Below, one piece after another: positions 29,601 through 37,764 of a stretch of 49,051 bases of DNA. The stretch spans positions 1-49,051 of the forward strand of contig JACMME010000147.1 of NCBI GenBank assembly GCA_014379205.1. Direction: 5' to 3'. A program made the position numbers and the translations under genes. This DNA comes from Gemmatimonadaceae bacterium. GTDB taxonomy: Bacteria; Gemmatimonadota; Gemmatimonadetes; Gemmatimonadales; Gemmatimonadaceae. Numbering within the stretch: position 1 is the first letter of the stretch; the number at the start of each line of letters is the position of its first letter. The notes beneath the pieces were generated by a model, which did not search any database, was not told the origin of the DNA, and saw nothing but the letters and a program-made list of their open reading frames with translations.

Positions 29601-29933
29601 ATCGAGCGCGACCGCCTTGCGCGCGATGGCATACCCGCCGCCTGCGCGAAAGTCGTAGTCGAGCCGCATCGCGGGCCCATTGAAGCCGGAATCGCGCGAG
29701 ATTTTTAGCTCAACGCCTTCGGATGGATGAGCGCTCCAACCTGAAACCGAGTCAAACGAATCGAGGACGCGAGTCTGGGCGGGAGTGGAGCCATACGCGA
29801 GAAGCGAGAAGAGAACTGCGAACTGCGAACTGCGAAGCAACCGCGAACTGCGAAGCGACCAAGAACTGCGAACTGCGAACTTCGAAGAATTAACTGCGAG
29901 CGCCACCTTGCGCACTGGCGCTCGCCAAGCCAT
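26640..29933 (-). CDS. Large secreted multi-domain glycoside hydrolase candidate. It comprises an N-terminal CBM-like beta-sandwich, an F5/8 type C (discoidin) domain and a C-terminal (alpha/alpha)6-barrel domain that resembles GH15 or GH63.
   Basis: The discoidin segment reads AIDGDTGTTWRSAAGGRQHFTIDFG...RYLRLELVSG. The C-terminal region (SRSYDRSWIRDGSLTSAALLRLG, HSYWDDFFALKGL) is typical of (alpha/alpha)6 GHs. I place the start at the ATG at 29933, but the first roughly 40 codons are encoded by the heptamer array and the true start is ambiguous. Confidence 0.5.
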   Translation of the reverse strand: MAWRAPVRKVALAVNSSKFAVRSSWSLRSSRLLRSSQFAVLFSLLAYGSTPAQTRVLDSFDSVSGWSAHPSEGVELKISRDSGFNGPAMRLDYDFRAGGGYAIARKAVALDLPANYEFSFRLKANASTNDLEFKLVDPSGDNVWWLNRRAYEFPRDWTRLVTKKRHITFAWGPVGGGEMSRVGAVEIVITAGTGGKGSVWVDDFTFTARDPVTTYSGTPIARSSSVAPGNRAAHAIDGDTGTTWRSAAGGRQHFTIDFGSVRELGGFEVDWQNNRHATRYDVQQSADGARWETLYSVKGGDGSTDFIALPELETRYLRLELVSGNDRRGYAIRDINVKPVAWSASPNAFFEHLAKQAPRGTYPKYLNGEQSYWTVVGATGDTREALVNEEGAIEIDKGSFSIEPFLLVDDTLVTWNDARLAQSLERGDLPIPSVRWEGGPFALTVTAFAGAGPLAESDTGIASASLWARYRVANTSASPRRATLYLALRPFQVNPSWQFLNTQGGVTHIREISYAAGVVEVNGSKLVASISKPAGFGAAAFDHGDITEYLRRGSLPASTSLRDHTGYASAALSYAVDLAPGASRDFWIAVPFHASTPANRSLLASNASSDLGEERLATATSAWSERLDRVRLKLPPSAERIVSTLRSNLAYILINRDGPSIQPGSRSYDRSWIRDGSLTSAALLRLGHEREVREFIEWFAPFQFPSGKVPCCVDSRGADAVPENDSHGQLIFAIAEYWRFTNDTAFARRMWPHVTYAVTYMDSLRHLRMTPVYRGTDSLRAFYGMLPESISHEGYSAKPMHSYWDDFFALKGLKDAAMLAVVLGDSSRAKSYASMRDEFRVDLLSSFRLAMAWHRIDYLPGSVELGDFDATSTTVGVSPAEELHTLPRNALQRTFDRYYEEAVARRDGKKEWDGYTPYEWRTVGTFVRLGDRKRAHYMLDFFFGDRRPAEWNHWAEVVWRDPKTPKFIGDMPHTWVGSDFIRSVLDMFAFERESDSSLVVGAGIRPAWVNENPGVAIQGLRTHYGSVDVTIQRMGRDVRVNIGGSMRIPRGGIVVSAPLDERATEVTIGGRRATPVGNGEVIVKQLPAEVIFSYRPQ

Positions 29934-30010
29934 TTCGCAGCGTACTCTTCGCAGTTCGCAGTTCGCAGTTGTCTCGCAGTTCGCAGCTCTTTCGTTCGCA
30001 GTTCGCAGTA
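29811..30010. repeat. Large imperfect palindrome of about 200 bp formed by two inverted heptamer arrays, (GAACTGC)n and (TTCGCAG)n, around a central 8-bp-stem hairpin.
   Basis: Array A runs from 29811 to 29888 and array B from 29934 to 30010. The spacer gagcgcca...tggcgctc lies between them. The ATG of the downstream GH gene sits at the spacer/array B junction. Confidence 0.65.
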
Positions 30011-30016
30011 TTCTCC

Positions 30017-30865
30017 TCATCCCTTGACGCTCCCAACCGTAATCCCCTGCACATACGATCTCTGCAGAAAGAGAAAGACAATCAGTACAGGAAGGATCGT
30101 GAGAACCGAGCCGGCCATCATCAGCTCCGTGTCCTGCACGTGCTCGCCGGAAAGATTCGCCAGGGCGACCGGGAGAGTGTATCGCGACTCCTCGCTGAGA
30201 ACGATCAAGGGCCACATGAAGTCGTTCCACGTGCTGAGAAATGTCCAGATCGCAAGCGTAGCGAGAATCGGGCGGATAACCGGAAGCACGATCGACCAGT
30301 AGATGCGGAACTCACCCGCACCGTCTATTCGTGCGGCGTCGAGCATGTCGTCCGGAAGCGACATCACGTACTGCCGGATGAGAAAGATGCCGAAAATGCT
30401 CGCCATCCCCGGAATGATCACTCCCCAGTAGGTGTTGATCAGTCCGAGCTCCTTTAGCAGCAGAAAGAGCGGCAACATCGCGACCTGAACCGGGATCACC
30501 AGTCCAGTACTCAGCAGACGAAAGACGCGATCTCGTCCGCGGAAGTGAAACTTCGCAAACGCGTAGCCCGCCATTGAATTGATGAACAGCGACGTGAACG
30601 TGACCGTCACGGCGACAATGCTGCTATTGATGAAGAAGCGGCCGAGCTCGAGACGGGTGAACAGCGCAGCGTAGTGCTCGAACGTCACGGCGCGCGGGAA
30701 TATCCTCGGCGGATAGCTGCTGGCCTCTCCCTGCGGCATGAGCGATGCCGAAACCATCCACACCATTGGGAGCAGCGCGAGGAGGGCGCCGATGACGAGT
30801 GTGGCGTACAGCATGAAGCGGCCGAACCAAGCGCGCTGGGTGGATGAGAGTGCGCTTGTGCTCAC
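30017..30865 (-). CDS. Carbohydrate ABC transporter permease (CUT1, MalG/UgpE-like).
   Basis: The protein has six TM helices and the EAA-like loop (ARIDGAGEFRIYWSIVLP). It overlaps the upstream permease by 4 nt. Confidence 0.8.
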   Translation of the reverse strand: MSTSALSSTQRAWFGRFMLYATLVIGALLALLPMVWMVSASLMPQGEASSYPPRIFPRAVTFEHYAALFTRLELGRFFINSSIVAVTVTFTSLFINSMAGYAFAKFHFRGRDRVFRLLSTGLVIPVQVAMLPLFLLLKELGLINTYWGVIIPGMASIFGIFLIRQYVMSLPDDMLDAARIDGAGEFRIYWSIVLPVIRPILATLAIWTFLSTWNDFMWPLIVLSEESRYTLPVALANLSGEHVQDTELMMAGSVLTILPVLIVFLFLQRSYVQGITVGSVKG

Positions 30866-31764
30866 ACCGCTTCACGCTTCTGAAGGCGCAGCTGCAGCAG
30901 CGTCGCCGTGAGTATGATGAGAAAGAGCACGAACGCAATCGAGGCCGCGTAGCCCATACGCCACCACCGGAAACCCTCCTCGTACATCAGCAGCACCATG
31001 CTGGTCGTGGCTCTGAGAGGCCCGCCCTGCGTCATCACGTACGGCTCGGCGAAGAGCTGGAAGTAGCCGATCATCGTGATTACGGCGACGAAGACAAGCG
31101 TGGGGCTGAGCATGGGGAGCGTGATGCTCCGGAATTGCCGCAACGCGCCGGCGCCATCGATGCGAGCCGATTCATACAGTTCTTCGGGTATTTCCTGCAG
31201 CCCGGCGATGAAGATGAGCATGTTGTAGCCGAAGTTCTTCCACACCGCCATCAGGATGATCGCGGGCATGGCCCACTTCGGGTTGCCGAGCCAGTCGATG
31301 GGCCCGATTCCGAAAACGCTCAAGGCGTAGTTGAGCAGTCCGTACTGCGGGTGATACAGGTAGCGCCAGACGATGGCGACAGCCACAAGAGTCGTTACGA
31401 ACGGAATGAAGTAGATCGTCCGAAAAAATCCCTTGAAGCGCGTCAGGCGGGCGTTCACCAGGAGGGCCGCGCCAAGCGATGCCGCGAGCGTGAGCGGTCC
31501 TCCGACGAGCGCGAAGTAGAACGTGTTCTGGAGGGCGGTCCAGAAAAGCGGGTGGCTGACAAGTCTGGTGTAGTTGCGGAACCAGACAAAGCGAGTGTTG
31601 CCGACGTCGCCCACTGCGTAGATGTCGAAGTCGGTGAGACTGAGCACCAATGCCGCGAGCACCGGAAGAAAAAAGAAGATTCCGATGAGGATGAGCGCGG
31701 GTGCGAGGAAGAACCACGGCGCACCTGACGTCGAATCAGCCGCCGCCCCTGACGGCTTCTTCAC
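30862..31764 (-). CDS. Carbohydrate ABC transporter permease (CUT1, MalF/UgpA-like).
   Basis: The protein has six TM helices and the EAA motif (ESARIDGAGALRQFRSITLP). Confidence 0.8.
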   Translation of the reverse strand: MKKPSGAAADSTSGAPWFFLAPALILIGIFFFLPVLAALVLSLTDFDIYAVGDVGNTRFVWFRNYTRLVSHPLFWTALQNTFYFALVGGPLTLAASLGAALLVNARLTRFKGFFRTIYFIPFVTTLVAVAIVWRYLYHPQYGLLNYALSVFGIGPIDWLGNPKWAMPAIILMAVWKNFGYNMLIFIAGLQEIPEELYESARIDGAGALRQFRSITLPMLSPTLVFVAVITMIGYFQLFAEPYVMTQGGPLRATTSMVLLMYEEGFRWWRMGYAASIAFVLFLIILTATLLQLRLQKREAV

Positions 31765-31768
31765 CAGC

Positions 31769-33262
31769 CTACTCCTGCGTGCGCCGGGCCAGCATCCACC
31801 GCCGCTTCTCGAGCATACCGTTCACATCGCGGTCGAGCGCAACGAGCGCCTTGTCCACGGTCGCGTCTTCTCGCACAGCTTGCTCGACGGCTTCCGTGAT
31901 GCGGATAACGATCTGCTCGATTTCGGGAACTTTCGGTACCGGTACGACCAGAGCGAGTTGTTCGTAAAACGCGCGCGCGTACGGATCGTTCGCCAGCGAT
32001 GTGTCACGCCATGCTGACACGCGTGCAGGCAGGTCTCCGGTGAGATGAAAGAAGCGGAGCTGCTGAGCCGGTTCGGAGAGGTACTCTATCAGCCGCCAGG
32101 CTTCCTGTTTGTGCTTCGATGCGCTGAAGAGGGCGAGACTCGCGCCTCCCGCCAGCGAGACGCGTGACGAATCTCCAGCAGGGCCGGGGAGCATGGCGGT
32201 CGCCCACCTTCCCTGCAGGCTGTCGGGAAGACGCCGGCGGAACTCGCCGATGTTCCACGGACCGGTGATGTACATCGCGAATGTTCCGCGGGCGAACTCG
32301 TCGTAGACATTGGAGATTTGTGTGTTGGCGACTTTCGGCGCGAGGCCCTCGCGAAAAAGACCGACATAGAACTCGAATGCCCGGCGGAATGCGGGATCAC
32401 GAAAGGCTGCATAGCGGCCTCCGTCCCGCAACAATGTGGAGCCGCCTTGCATGGCGAAGACGACCGGCTGCGGCCATTCGTTTGTCGGAAGCAGGATGGC
32501 GTACCTGTCCGGCCCAGCCTGCGCCTTGATCTTCCGCATAGCTTCCAGCCACGTGCTCCATGATGCCGGGGGCTTGGGGTATCCGGCCCGCGCTAGTATG
32601 TCAGTGCGATAGAAAATGACGCGTGTGTCGACGTACCACGGAATGCCGTAAACGACGTCGTCAATGACGTTGGTTTCCCAGATTCCCTTGAAGAAGTCGT
32701 CGCGTGTGACAGTCGTGGATCGCGATATGTAAGGCCCAAGCGGCTCGAGTGCATTGAGGGCGACGAATTCCGGTATCCACGTATTGCCGAGCTGCGTGAT
32801 ATCGGGAGTCGCGTCCCCGACGTGGGCGGTGAGCAGCTTCTCGTGAGCGGCGGACCATGGTACCTGCTGGACCTCGACGCGGACACCTGGATTGGCGCGT
32901 TCGAAGGCGGGCATGAGCTCCTGCACGACCTCACCTTCGCGTCCCATTGCCCACACGCGCAGTGTGACGACGTCAGAGGCGCGAGTGTCGGCGCAGGCGA
33001 ATGACGTGGCTAGAGCTGTGAGTAGCGCGGGTCCGGACAGTCCGAACCGCCACGAGTGCGGTGCTCGGTGCCCGGTGCCCGGTGCGCGGTTGGCACTGCG
33101 CGGTGTTCGGGGCTCGGGCAAATGACGGCGCGGTGCTCGGGGCTCGCGTAAAGAACCAGTCGAAATCGTGCGGCCCGGCTGCAGTACTTCTTCGCAGTTC
33201 GCTGTTCGCAGTTCGCAGTTCCTGGTCCCTGGTTCCTGGTTCCTGGTCCCTGATCGACTCAT
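31769..33262 (-). CDS. ABC transporter solute-binding protein (family 1, sugar-binding). The N-terminus is ambiguous.
   Basis: A signal-peptide-like segment (GLSGPALLTALATSFACADT) is followed by an SBP_bac_1-like domain. The only ATG upstream of that segment is at 33262, where it forms an ATGA overlap with the upstream gene. It would add a roughly 70-aa extension translated from the heptamer arrays. Confidence 0.65.
   Translation of the reverse strand: MSRSGTRNQEPGTRNCELRTANCEEVLQPGRTISTGSLREPRAPRRHLPEPRTPRSANRAPGTGHRAPHSWRFGLSGPALLTALATSFACADTRASDVVTLRVWAMGREGEVVQELMPAFERANPGVRVEVQQVPWSAAHEKLLTAHVGDATPDITQLGNTWIPEFVALNALEPLGPYISRSTTVTRDDFFKGIWETNVIDDVVYGIPWYVDTRVIFYRTDILARAGYPKPPASWSTWLEAMRKIKAQAGPDRYAILLPTNEWPQPVVFAMQGGSTLLRDGGRYAAFRDPAFRRAFEFYVGLFREGLAPKVANTQISNVYDEFARGTFAMYITGPWNIGEFRRRLPDSLQGRWATAMLPGPAGDSSRVSLAGGASLALFSASKHKQEAWRLIEYLSEPAQQLRFFHLTGDLPARVSAWRDTSLANDPYARAFYEQLALVVPVPKVPEIEQIVIRITEAVEQAVREDATVDKALVALDRDVNGMLEKRRWMLARRTQE
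33056..33252. repeat. Composite repeat block. It contains a GGTGCCC-type array, a 22-bp direct duplication, a TTCGCAG array and a CTGGTYC array.
   Basis: The GGTGCCC array is ggtgctcggtgcccggtgcccggtgcgcgg. The duplicated unit is gcgcggtg(t/c)tcggggctcg(g/c)g. The other arrays are ttcgcagttcgctgttcgcagttcgcagtt and cctggtccctggttcctggttcctggtccctg. The block lies in the 5' region of the SBP gene. Confidence 0.65.
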
Positions 33263-34656
33263 TGTCCGAGCCAACCGCCCGTGAATCCCGCCAGCTGCAG
33301 ACCTTTGCGGATATAGGGACTCTTCCGCATGTAACGCCACACAAGATCGCTGCGGTGGTTTTCGATCATGGCGATAATCGGTCCCTGGTCGATCCCGAGC
33401 TGGTCCGTATCCACCCAACCAATTCCCGCCCTGACTCCGCCCTCCCGGGGCTTCACGCTGTCCGGCCATGTGAGGTTGAACGCGTCAATGAAGCCGTACT
33501 GGTTGTATAGCGCGCCGCCGTACCGGTCCCGCATCGCGCGGAGTGCCGGAATCGTGATCTCGGGCGCGAAAGGCACCGAACCGCCCAGAGCAGTTGGCGC
33601 AAGCGTGCCGTCATCCCTGATCTCGTTGCTTGCAGCACCGCGGGCGGAGTAGGTGAAGAAGAGGCGAGGCGTGCCTGCGATCACGAGCGTTGTGTCGTGC
33701 GGCCCGTCCGAGGCGGTAAGACCCCACATCTCTGCGCTGTAGCCGCGCCATTTGTTGGGATTTTCAGTTGCGTAGGCGCGCTGAGAAAGGGTCGCCCGCC
33801 GGCTGTTCTCGAAATAATCGATGCCCTTGCCCCGCATGTACGCATCCTGAATCCGGCGGAAGTCGATCCACACGTGCGAGTACTGATGTCCGAACAAGGG
33901 TGCGAAGGCTATGTGCGACTGTCCGTAAAAGGTGCCCCACTCGTACGTTCGGGTCCACTCGTTCCATGCCTCGGGCTTGATGGCGTACGTCGGAGACGCG
34001 AGCGCGAGGACGTACACGATCATTCCCTCGTCGTAGCCATTCCAGTCGGCGTCAATAAATCCCTTTTCGGGGTGCCATCCCATGGAAACGAGCGGGGCCC
34101 TTGTTTGTGCCCACGGCCAATCCACCCGGAAGTAGATGGAGTCTGCCAGCGCGCGAATCTGCGCTTCGGCCGAATCCGGCCTGTCAAAGTATTCCCTGCA
34201 AAACAGGATGCCTGCGAGAAGCAGGGAGGTGTCTATTGTGGAGAGCTCCACCGTTTGAAAGCGGAGGCCGGTCTGCATGTCGAGAAAATGATAGAAAAAG
34301 CCCTTGTATCCGGTTACGCCGGTTGATTGGGCTCCCTGCGGTGCCTGCCAGAAGAAGCGCAGCGTAGTGAGCGTTCGATCGCGCGCCTGGTCGCGCGAGA
34401 CCCAACCGCGCTCCACGCCCACGGGATAGGCAGTGAGCGCGAAACCGACCGCCGCTATGCTCGAGAAGCTCCTGGTAGGTGCGCGGTCCGGCGTGAGCCC
34501 ATTGTCAGGATTTGTGAGATCCCAGAACCAGCGGAAGGTGCGATGCTGGACATCGTTCAAAAAAACGTCGTCGCGGGGTACCGGGGCGACGGTGACGGCG
34601 TTCGAGCCGCACGCGGAAACAAGCGTGAGGAGCAGAACAATGAAAACGCGTCGCAT
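33259..34656 (-). CDS. Lipoprotein with an (alpha/alpha)6-type fold. It may be a GH144 (DUF3131)-like endo-beta-1,2-glucanase.
   Basis: The lipobox is LVSAC. The assignment rests on size (465 aa), composition and context next to GH94, GH1 and the CUT1 transporter. I could not align it from memory. Confidence 0.4.
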   Translation of the reverse strand: MRRVFIVLLLTLVSACGSNAVTVAPVPRDDVFLNDVQHRTFRWFWDLTNPDNGLTPDRAPTRSFSSIAAVGFALTAYPVGVERGWVSRDQARDRTLTTLRFFWQAPQGAQSTGVTGYKGFFYHFLDMQTGLRFQTVELSTIDTSLLLAGILFCREYFDRPDSAEAQIRALADSIYFRVDWPWAQTRAPLVSMGWHPEKGFIDADWNGYDEGMIVYVLALASPTYAIKPEAWNEWTRTYEWGTFYGQSHIAFAPLFGHQYSHVWIDFRRIQDAYMRGKGIDYFENSRRATLSQRAYATENPNKWRGYSAEMWGLTASDGPHDTTLVIAGTPRLFFTYSARGAASNEIRDDGTLAPTALGGSVPFAPEITIPALRAMRDRYGGALYNQYGFIDAFNLTWPDSVKPREGGVRAGIGWVDTDQLGIDQGPIIAMIENHRSDLVWRYMRKSPYIRKGLQLAGFTGGWLGQ

Positions 34657-34685
34657 TTATCGTTCTGAAGAATGACGGAGTTGGG

Positions 34686-34715
34686 TCATGGCTGGCGCAA
34701 CGGCGCCAGCCATGA
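34686..34715. promoter_or_regulatory. Perfect 13-bp-stem hairpin (tcatggctggcgc aacg gcgccagccatga) between the TonB receptor gene and the downstream lipoprotein-GH gene.
   Basis: This GC-rich inverted repeat sits in the 85-bp intercistronic gap on the transcribed minus strand. It could be an attenuator, a partial terminator or an RNA processing site. Confidence 0.45.
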
Positions 34716-34741
34716 TCACGATTCAGCTCTGAGCTTCTGCC

Positions 34742-37723
34742 TTAACGACCCCCGCGGCCAGTGATCCTGGGGCCGAAGTCGTAGGTCAAACCAACCTGCA
34801 GCCGGCGCGGATCCGAGATGGTGCATCCTACGTTGCCGAAATTCTCGTTCGGGTCGAATACACCCTGATCATTGGTGAATCCGAAGAACTGGTCAAAGCA
34901 TCCAAAGTTGTTGAAATTGAATGCGTTGAAAAGGTCGAGAGTGACGCCAAGCTTGTTACCGCCAAAATTGGGGAAATCCTTGCGAACGCGGAGATCCACC
35001 TTTCGGTAGGCAAAGGCGTTGGGGATGATGAAGTCGCGCTTCTCAGGACGCTCGGCCCCGAAGAGCACCGAAGCTCCGAAATTGGCGTTGCCGCTTTCCC
35101 GATTAAACGGACGGCCACTGCCGAGAGTGATCAGTCCGCTGAACTGAATGCCCCACAGGTAGGGTACGTCCGTGATCCAGTTTGCCACCGCGCGATACCG
35201 TTCATCGTCGCCGATGGGGTGGCGTGGGTTCAGGCTTACCTGCGGGAAGCTGAAAAGATCGTTACCCTCCGCCTCTGCTTCGGCGATTGTCACAGCAAGG
35301 CCAGCTCCCCACCCCCAATTGCGTCTGCTGAGACGATAGGGTTTATCGAGCTGAATAAGGAATGCATCGTACCACGTCCGGATGCTATTGTTGCCCACCA
35401 GCACGCGCTGATACGCGGGAATCCTGCGCTCGAAGCAGCAGTCGCGTCCGCGGCCCGGCCTGAAAGTCAGATCGCCGAAATCATATGAGTAGCCGTTGTA
35501 GCTGCGCGTCTGGTTATACGTAACTGACGCGTTGAACGGCCCGAAGTCGTGCCGCGCCCCCACGCTCCACTGGTTGGAGTGAGGCGGCTCGAGGTCATTC
35601 GGAACGAGGAAGATCTCTTGCGGAAGAGGCACCCCGCTATTGATCAGGGCGAGAAGTCCTTCCCGGCTGAAATAGGAAGACTGGAAGGGGATCGTGCCGG
35701 GTGCGCCGGTATCCGAGAAACGAATCTCGTAGCGCGGGTGCTGCTGACGATAGCTCTCGTCGATGGTGTTGTTGAAGGGCATCCGGTCGTAGAAGATTCC
35801 CCACGCACCAAACACGGTCGTGCGGCTGTTCCGGTCAATCCCGTACGAGAATCCTACGCGTGGCTGAATGGCGCCGTAGAAGCCCTGTCGGTCATCACCA
35901 TCTGTGAAAAAGCGATCCGGATCGACATCCACAAAAAGACTGTCACGGAAAGCAGTCACGGAGTCGCGAATGTTCTGTGGCGTGACGAAATCGCGATTGA
36001 ACGCGCCGGACTCGTAGTCCCACCGGATGCCCAGGTTGAGCGTCAAGCGCTCCACCGGAGTCCAATCGTCCTGGGCGTATATTCCGAACTGTCCGTTGTT
36101 CCCGTCGATCAGCGGCTCACCGGTTCCGATTATCGCGCGGGTAGGAGTGGTAAAGTTGTTCCCGCTATTGAAGAAAAAGAGCGGGTTCTCATCCAGCCGC
36201 TTATCAAGGTTGTAACGCACGTAGTCGAAGTTTCCGCCGACCTTGAAGATGTGCGAACCCGCAAGCTCGTACGGGCTGAAAGTGAAGTCGTTGCGGAACG
36301 AGAGCCGGTTCTGTGTCAGATCCTGCCTGGAGTCTGCACCTCCGATTCGTCCGAAGCCCTCGAATTCCTGAGACGGCGTATTGAAGTCGAAAGGCTCATT
36401 GGCAAACTGGTAGTACTGGTAGCTGAGCAGGGCTTCGTTCGTTCCCATCGTTCCAAAGAAGGAATGCTTTGCTCGTGCGGTAGCCACGCGGTTCTTGAAG
36501 TCGTTACCCGCGGAGAAGGCGCGACATTGGCAATTGAACTGACCCCCGAAGTCGCGCTTTTCATTCTCCAGCCGTACGTCTGACGAAAACTCCAATGTCT
36601 GACGCTCAGTGCGCGTCCATGTAACCTTCCCGAAGAGAAGGTGAGAGCGAAATGGAGCGTCGTTGATCTCGCCTTGCACCGCGCGAATTGGCGACGGAAA
36701 GTTCGCCGCCTCACCAAAAAACCGGGTCTCACCTTCCCGGTTCTGAAAATTTCCTTCGTACGAGCCGAAGAAGAACATCTTGTCCTGGACAATCGGGCCG
36801 CCTCCATTCAAACCAAAGAGGTAGCGGCTGTATTTCGGCGTCTCGAAATTCGCGTCAGCTCCCTTCCGCACCAGTGCGAAAGAATCCAGGCCGACAAGAT
36901 CAGCGTTCTGGAAAGTCAAAAAAGAGCTGCCCTCCCACCGATTGGTGCCGGACTTGGTAACGGCGGTGATGATGGCGCTGGAGGCCTTCTGATACTCCGC
37001 CTTGAAGTTGTTCGTGGCGATGCGGAATTCCTGAATGGCATTGCGCGGAAACGGATTGCCACGGCTCGCGTCCTGACCGGCCACTCCGCCTGCGATTATG
37101 TCATTCTTGTAGGTGGTGCCATCGATGAAAATGTTGATCTGCTCGGCGTTCTGCGCGCCAGCGGCGAAGCTCTTGCTGGTAGCGTCTATGCGGTCCTCCG
37201 ACACACGCACGCCGGGTGCGAGAGACGCCAGGTCGAGAATGTTTCTACCACTGGTTGGCAAGTCCTCGATCTGTGCCTGCGTGATGTTGGTGGCAACCTC
37301 CGAGGTCCGCGTCTCCGCCTGCGCTGACGCGACCACCTGCACCGCGGCGAGCTCTACAGCGGCTTCGGCTAGCTGGAAGCTGACGTCCAGCGTCTGGCCA
37401 ATGAGCACTCGCACGCTACGCGTCTGCGGCGACAAACCGATGCGCCGCACAGTTACTTCGTATGTCGCCGGGCGGAGAGCACCAATGTTGTATGCCCCGC
37501 TCGCGTTCGTTATCGCGCCCCTTGTCTGATTCGTCTCGATGTCGCGGGCTGCAATCTGCGCATCCGACAGGGGCGCGTTGCCTGTACCCGTTACAAAACC
37601 TCTGATGCTTCCGGTGGATGTCTGGGCATCGAGGCTTGAAGTTGCCACCATCCCGGCCAGCACCGGAAACACGAGCCCCAATATCGCTCGCCGACACCGG
37701 TCAATCACTAAGTGATGGATCAT
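34742..37723 (-). CDS. TonB-dependent receptor with an N-terminal carboxypeptidase-regulatory-like domain, of the SusC/RagA-like or oligosaccharide-importing type.
   Basis: The CarboxypepD_reg-like segment is GSIRGFVTGTGNAPLSDAQIAARD...YEVTV. It is followed by a plug domain and a long barrel. I chose the start at the internal ATG upstream of a signal-like segment. An AGGAG SD lies 6 nt upstream of that ATG. Confidence 0.65.
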   Translation of the reverse strand: MIHHLVIDRCRRAILGLVFPVLAGMVATSSLDAQTSTGSIRGFVTGTGNAPLSDAQIAARDIETNQTRGAITNASGAYNIGALRPATYEVTVRRIGLSPQTRSVRVLIGQTLDVSFQLAEAAVELAAVQVVASAQAETRTSEVATNITQAQIEDLPTSGRNILDLASLAPGVRVSEDRIDATSKSFAAGAQNAEQINIFIDGTTYKNDIIAGGVAGQDASRGNPFPRNAIQEFRIATNNFKAEYQKASSAIITAVTKSGTNRWEGSSFLTFQNADLVGLDSFALVRKGADANFETPKYSRYLFGLNGGGPIVQDKMFFFGSYEGNFQNREGETRFFGEAANFPSPIRAVQGEINDAPFRSHLLFGKVTWTRTERQTLEFSSDVRLENEKRDFGGQFNCQCRAFSAGNDFKNRVATARAKHSFFGTMGTNEALLSYQYYQFANEPFDFNTPSQEFEGFGRIGGADSRQDLTQNRLSFRNDFTFSPYELAGSHIFKVGGNFDYVRYNLDKRLDENPLFFFNSGNNFTTPTRAIIGTGEPLIDGNNGQFGIYAQDDWTPVERLTLNLGIRWDYESGAFNRDFVTPQNIRDSVTAFRDSLFVDVDPDRFFTDGDDRQGFYGAIQPRVGFSYGIDRNSRTTVFGAWGIFYDRMPFNNTIDESYRQQHPRYEIRFSDTGAPGTIPFQSSYFSREGLLALINSGVPLPQEIFLVPNDLEPPHSNQWSVGARHDFGPFNASVTYNQTRSYNGYSYDFGDLTFRPGRGRDCCFERRIPAYQRVLVGNNSIRTWYDAFLIQLDKPYRLSRRNWGWGAGLAVTIAEAEAEGNDLFSFPQVSLNPRHPIGDDERYRAVANWITDVPYLWGIQFSGLITLGSGRPFNRESGNANFGASVLFGAERPEKRDFIIPNAFAYRKVDLRVRKDFPNFGGNKLGVTLDLFNAFNFNNFGCFDQFFGFTNDQGVFDPNENFGNVGCTISDPRRLQVGLTYDFGPRITGRGGR

Positions 37724-37764
37724 CTTCACATCTCCTGTTTGGATTTCCAACGATGGCGCACCCA

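Noticed and set aside
34640-34660. Half-match to a LacI-type site (TGAAAACGCGTCGCA) overlapping the lipoprotein-GH start codon.
   Set aside because: Only one half-site fits. It is probably fortuitous coding sequence (MRRVF).
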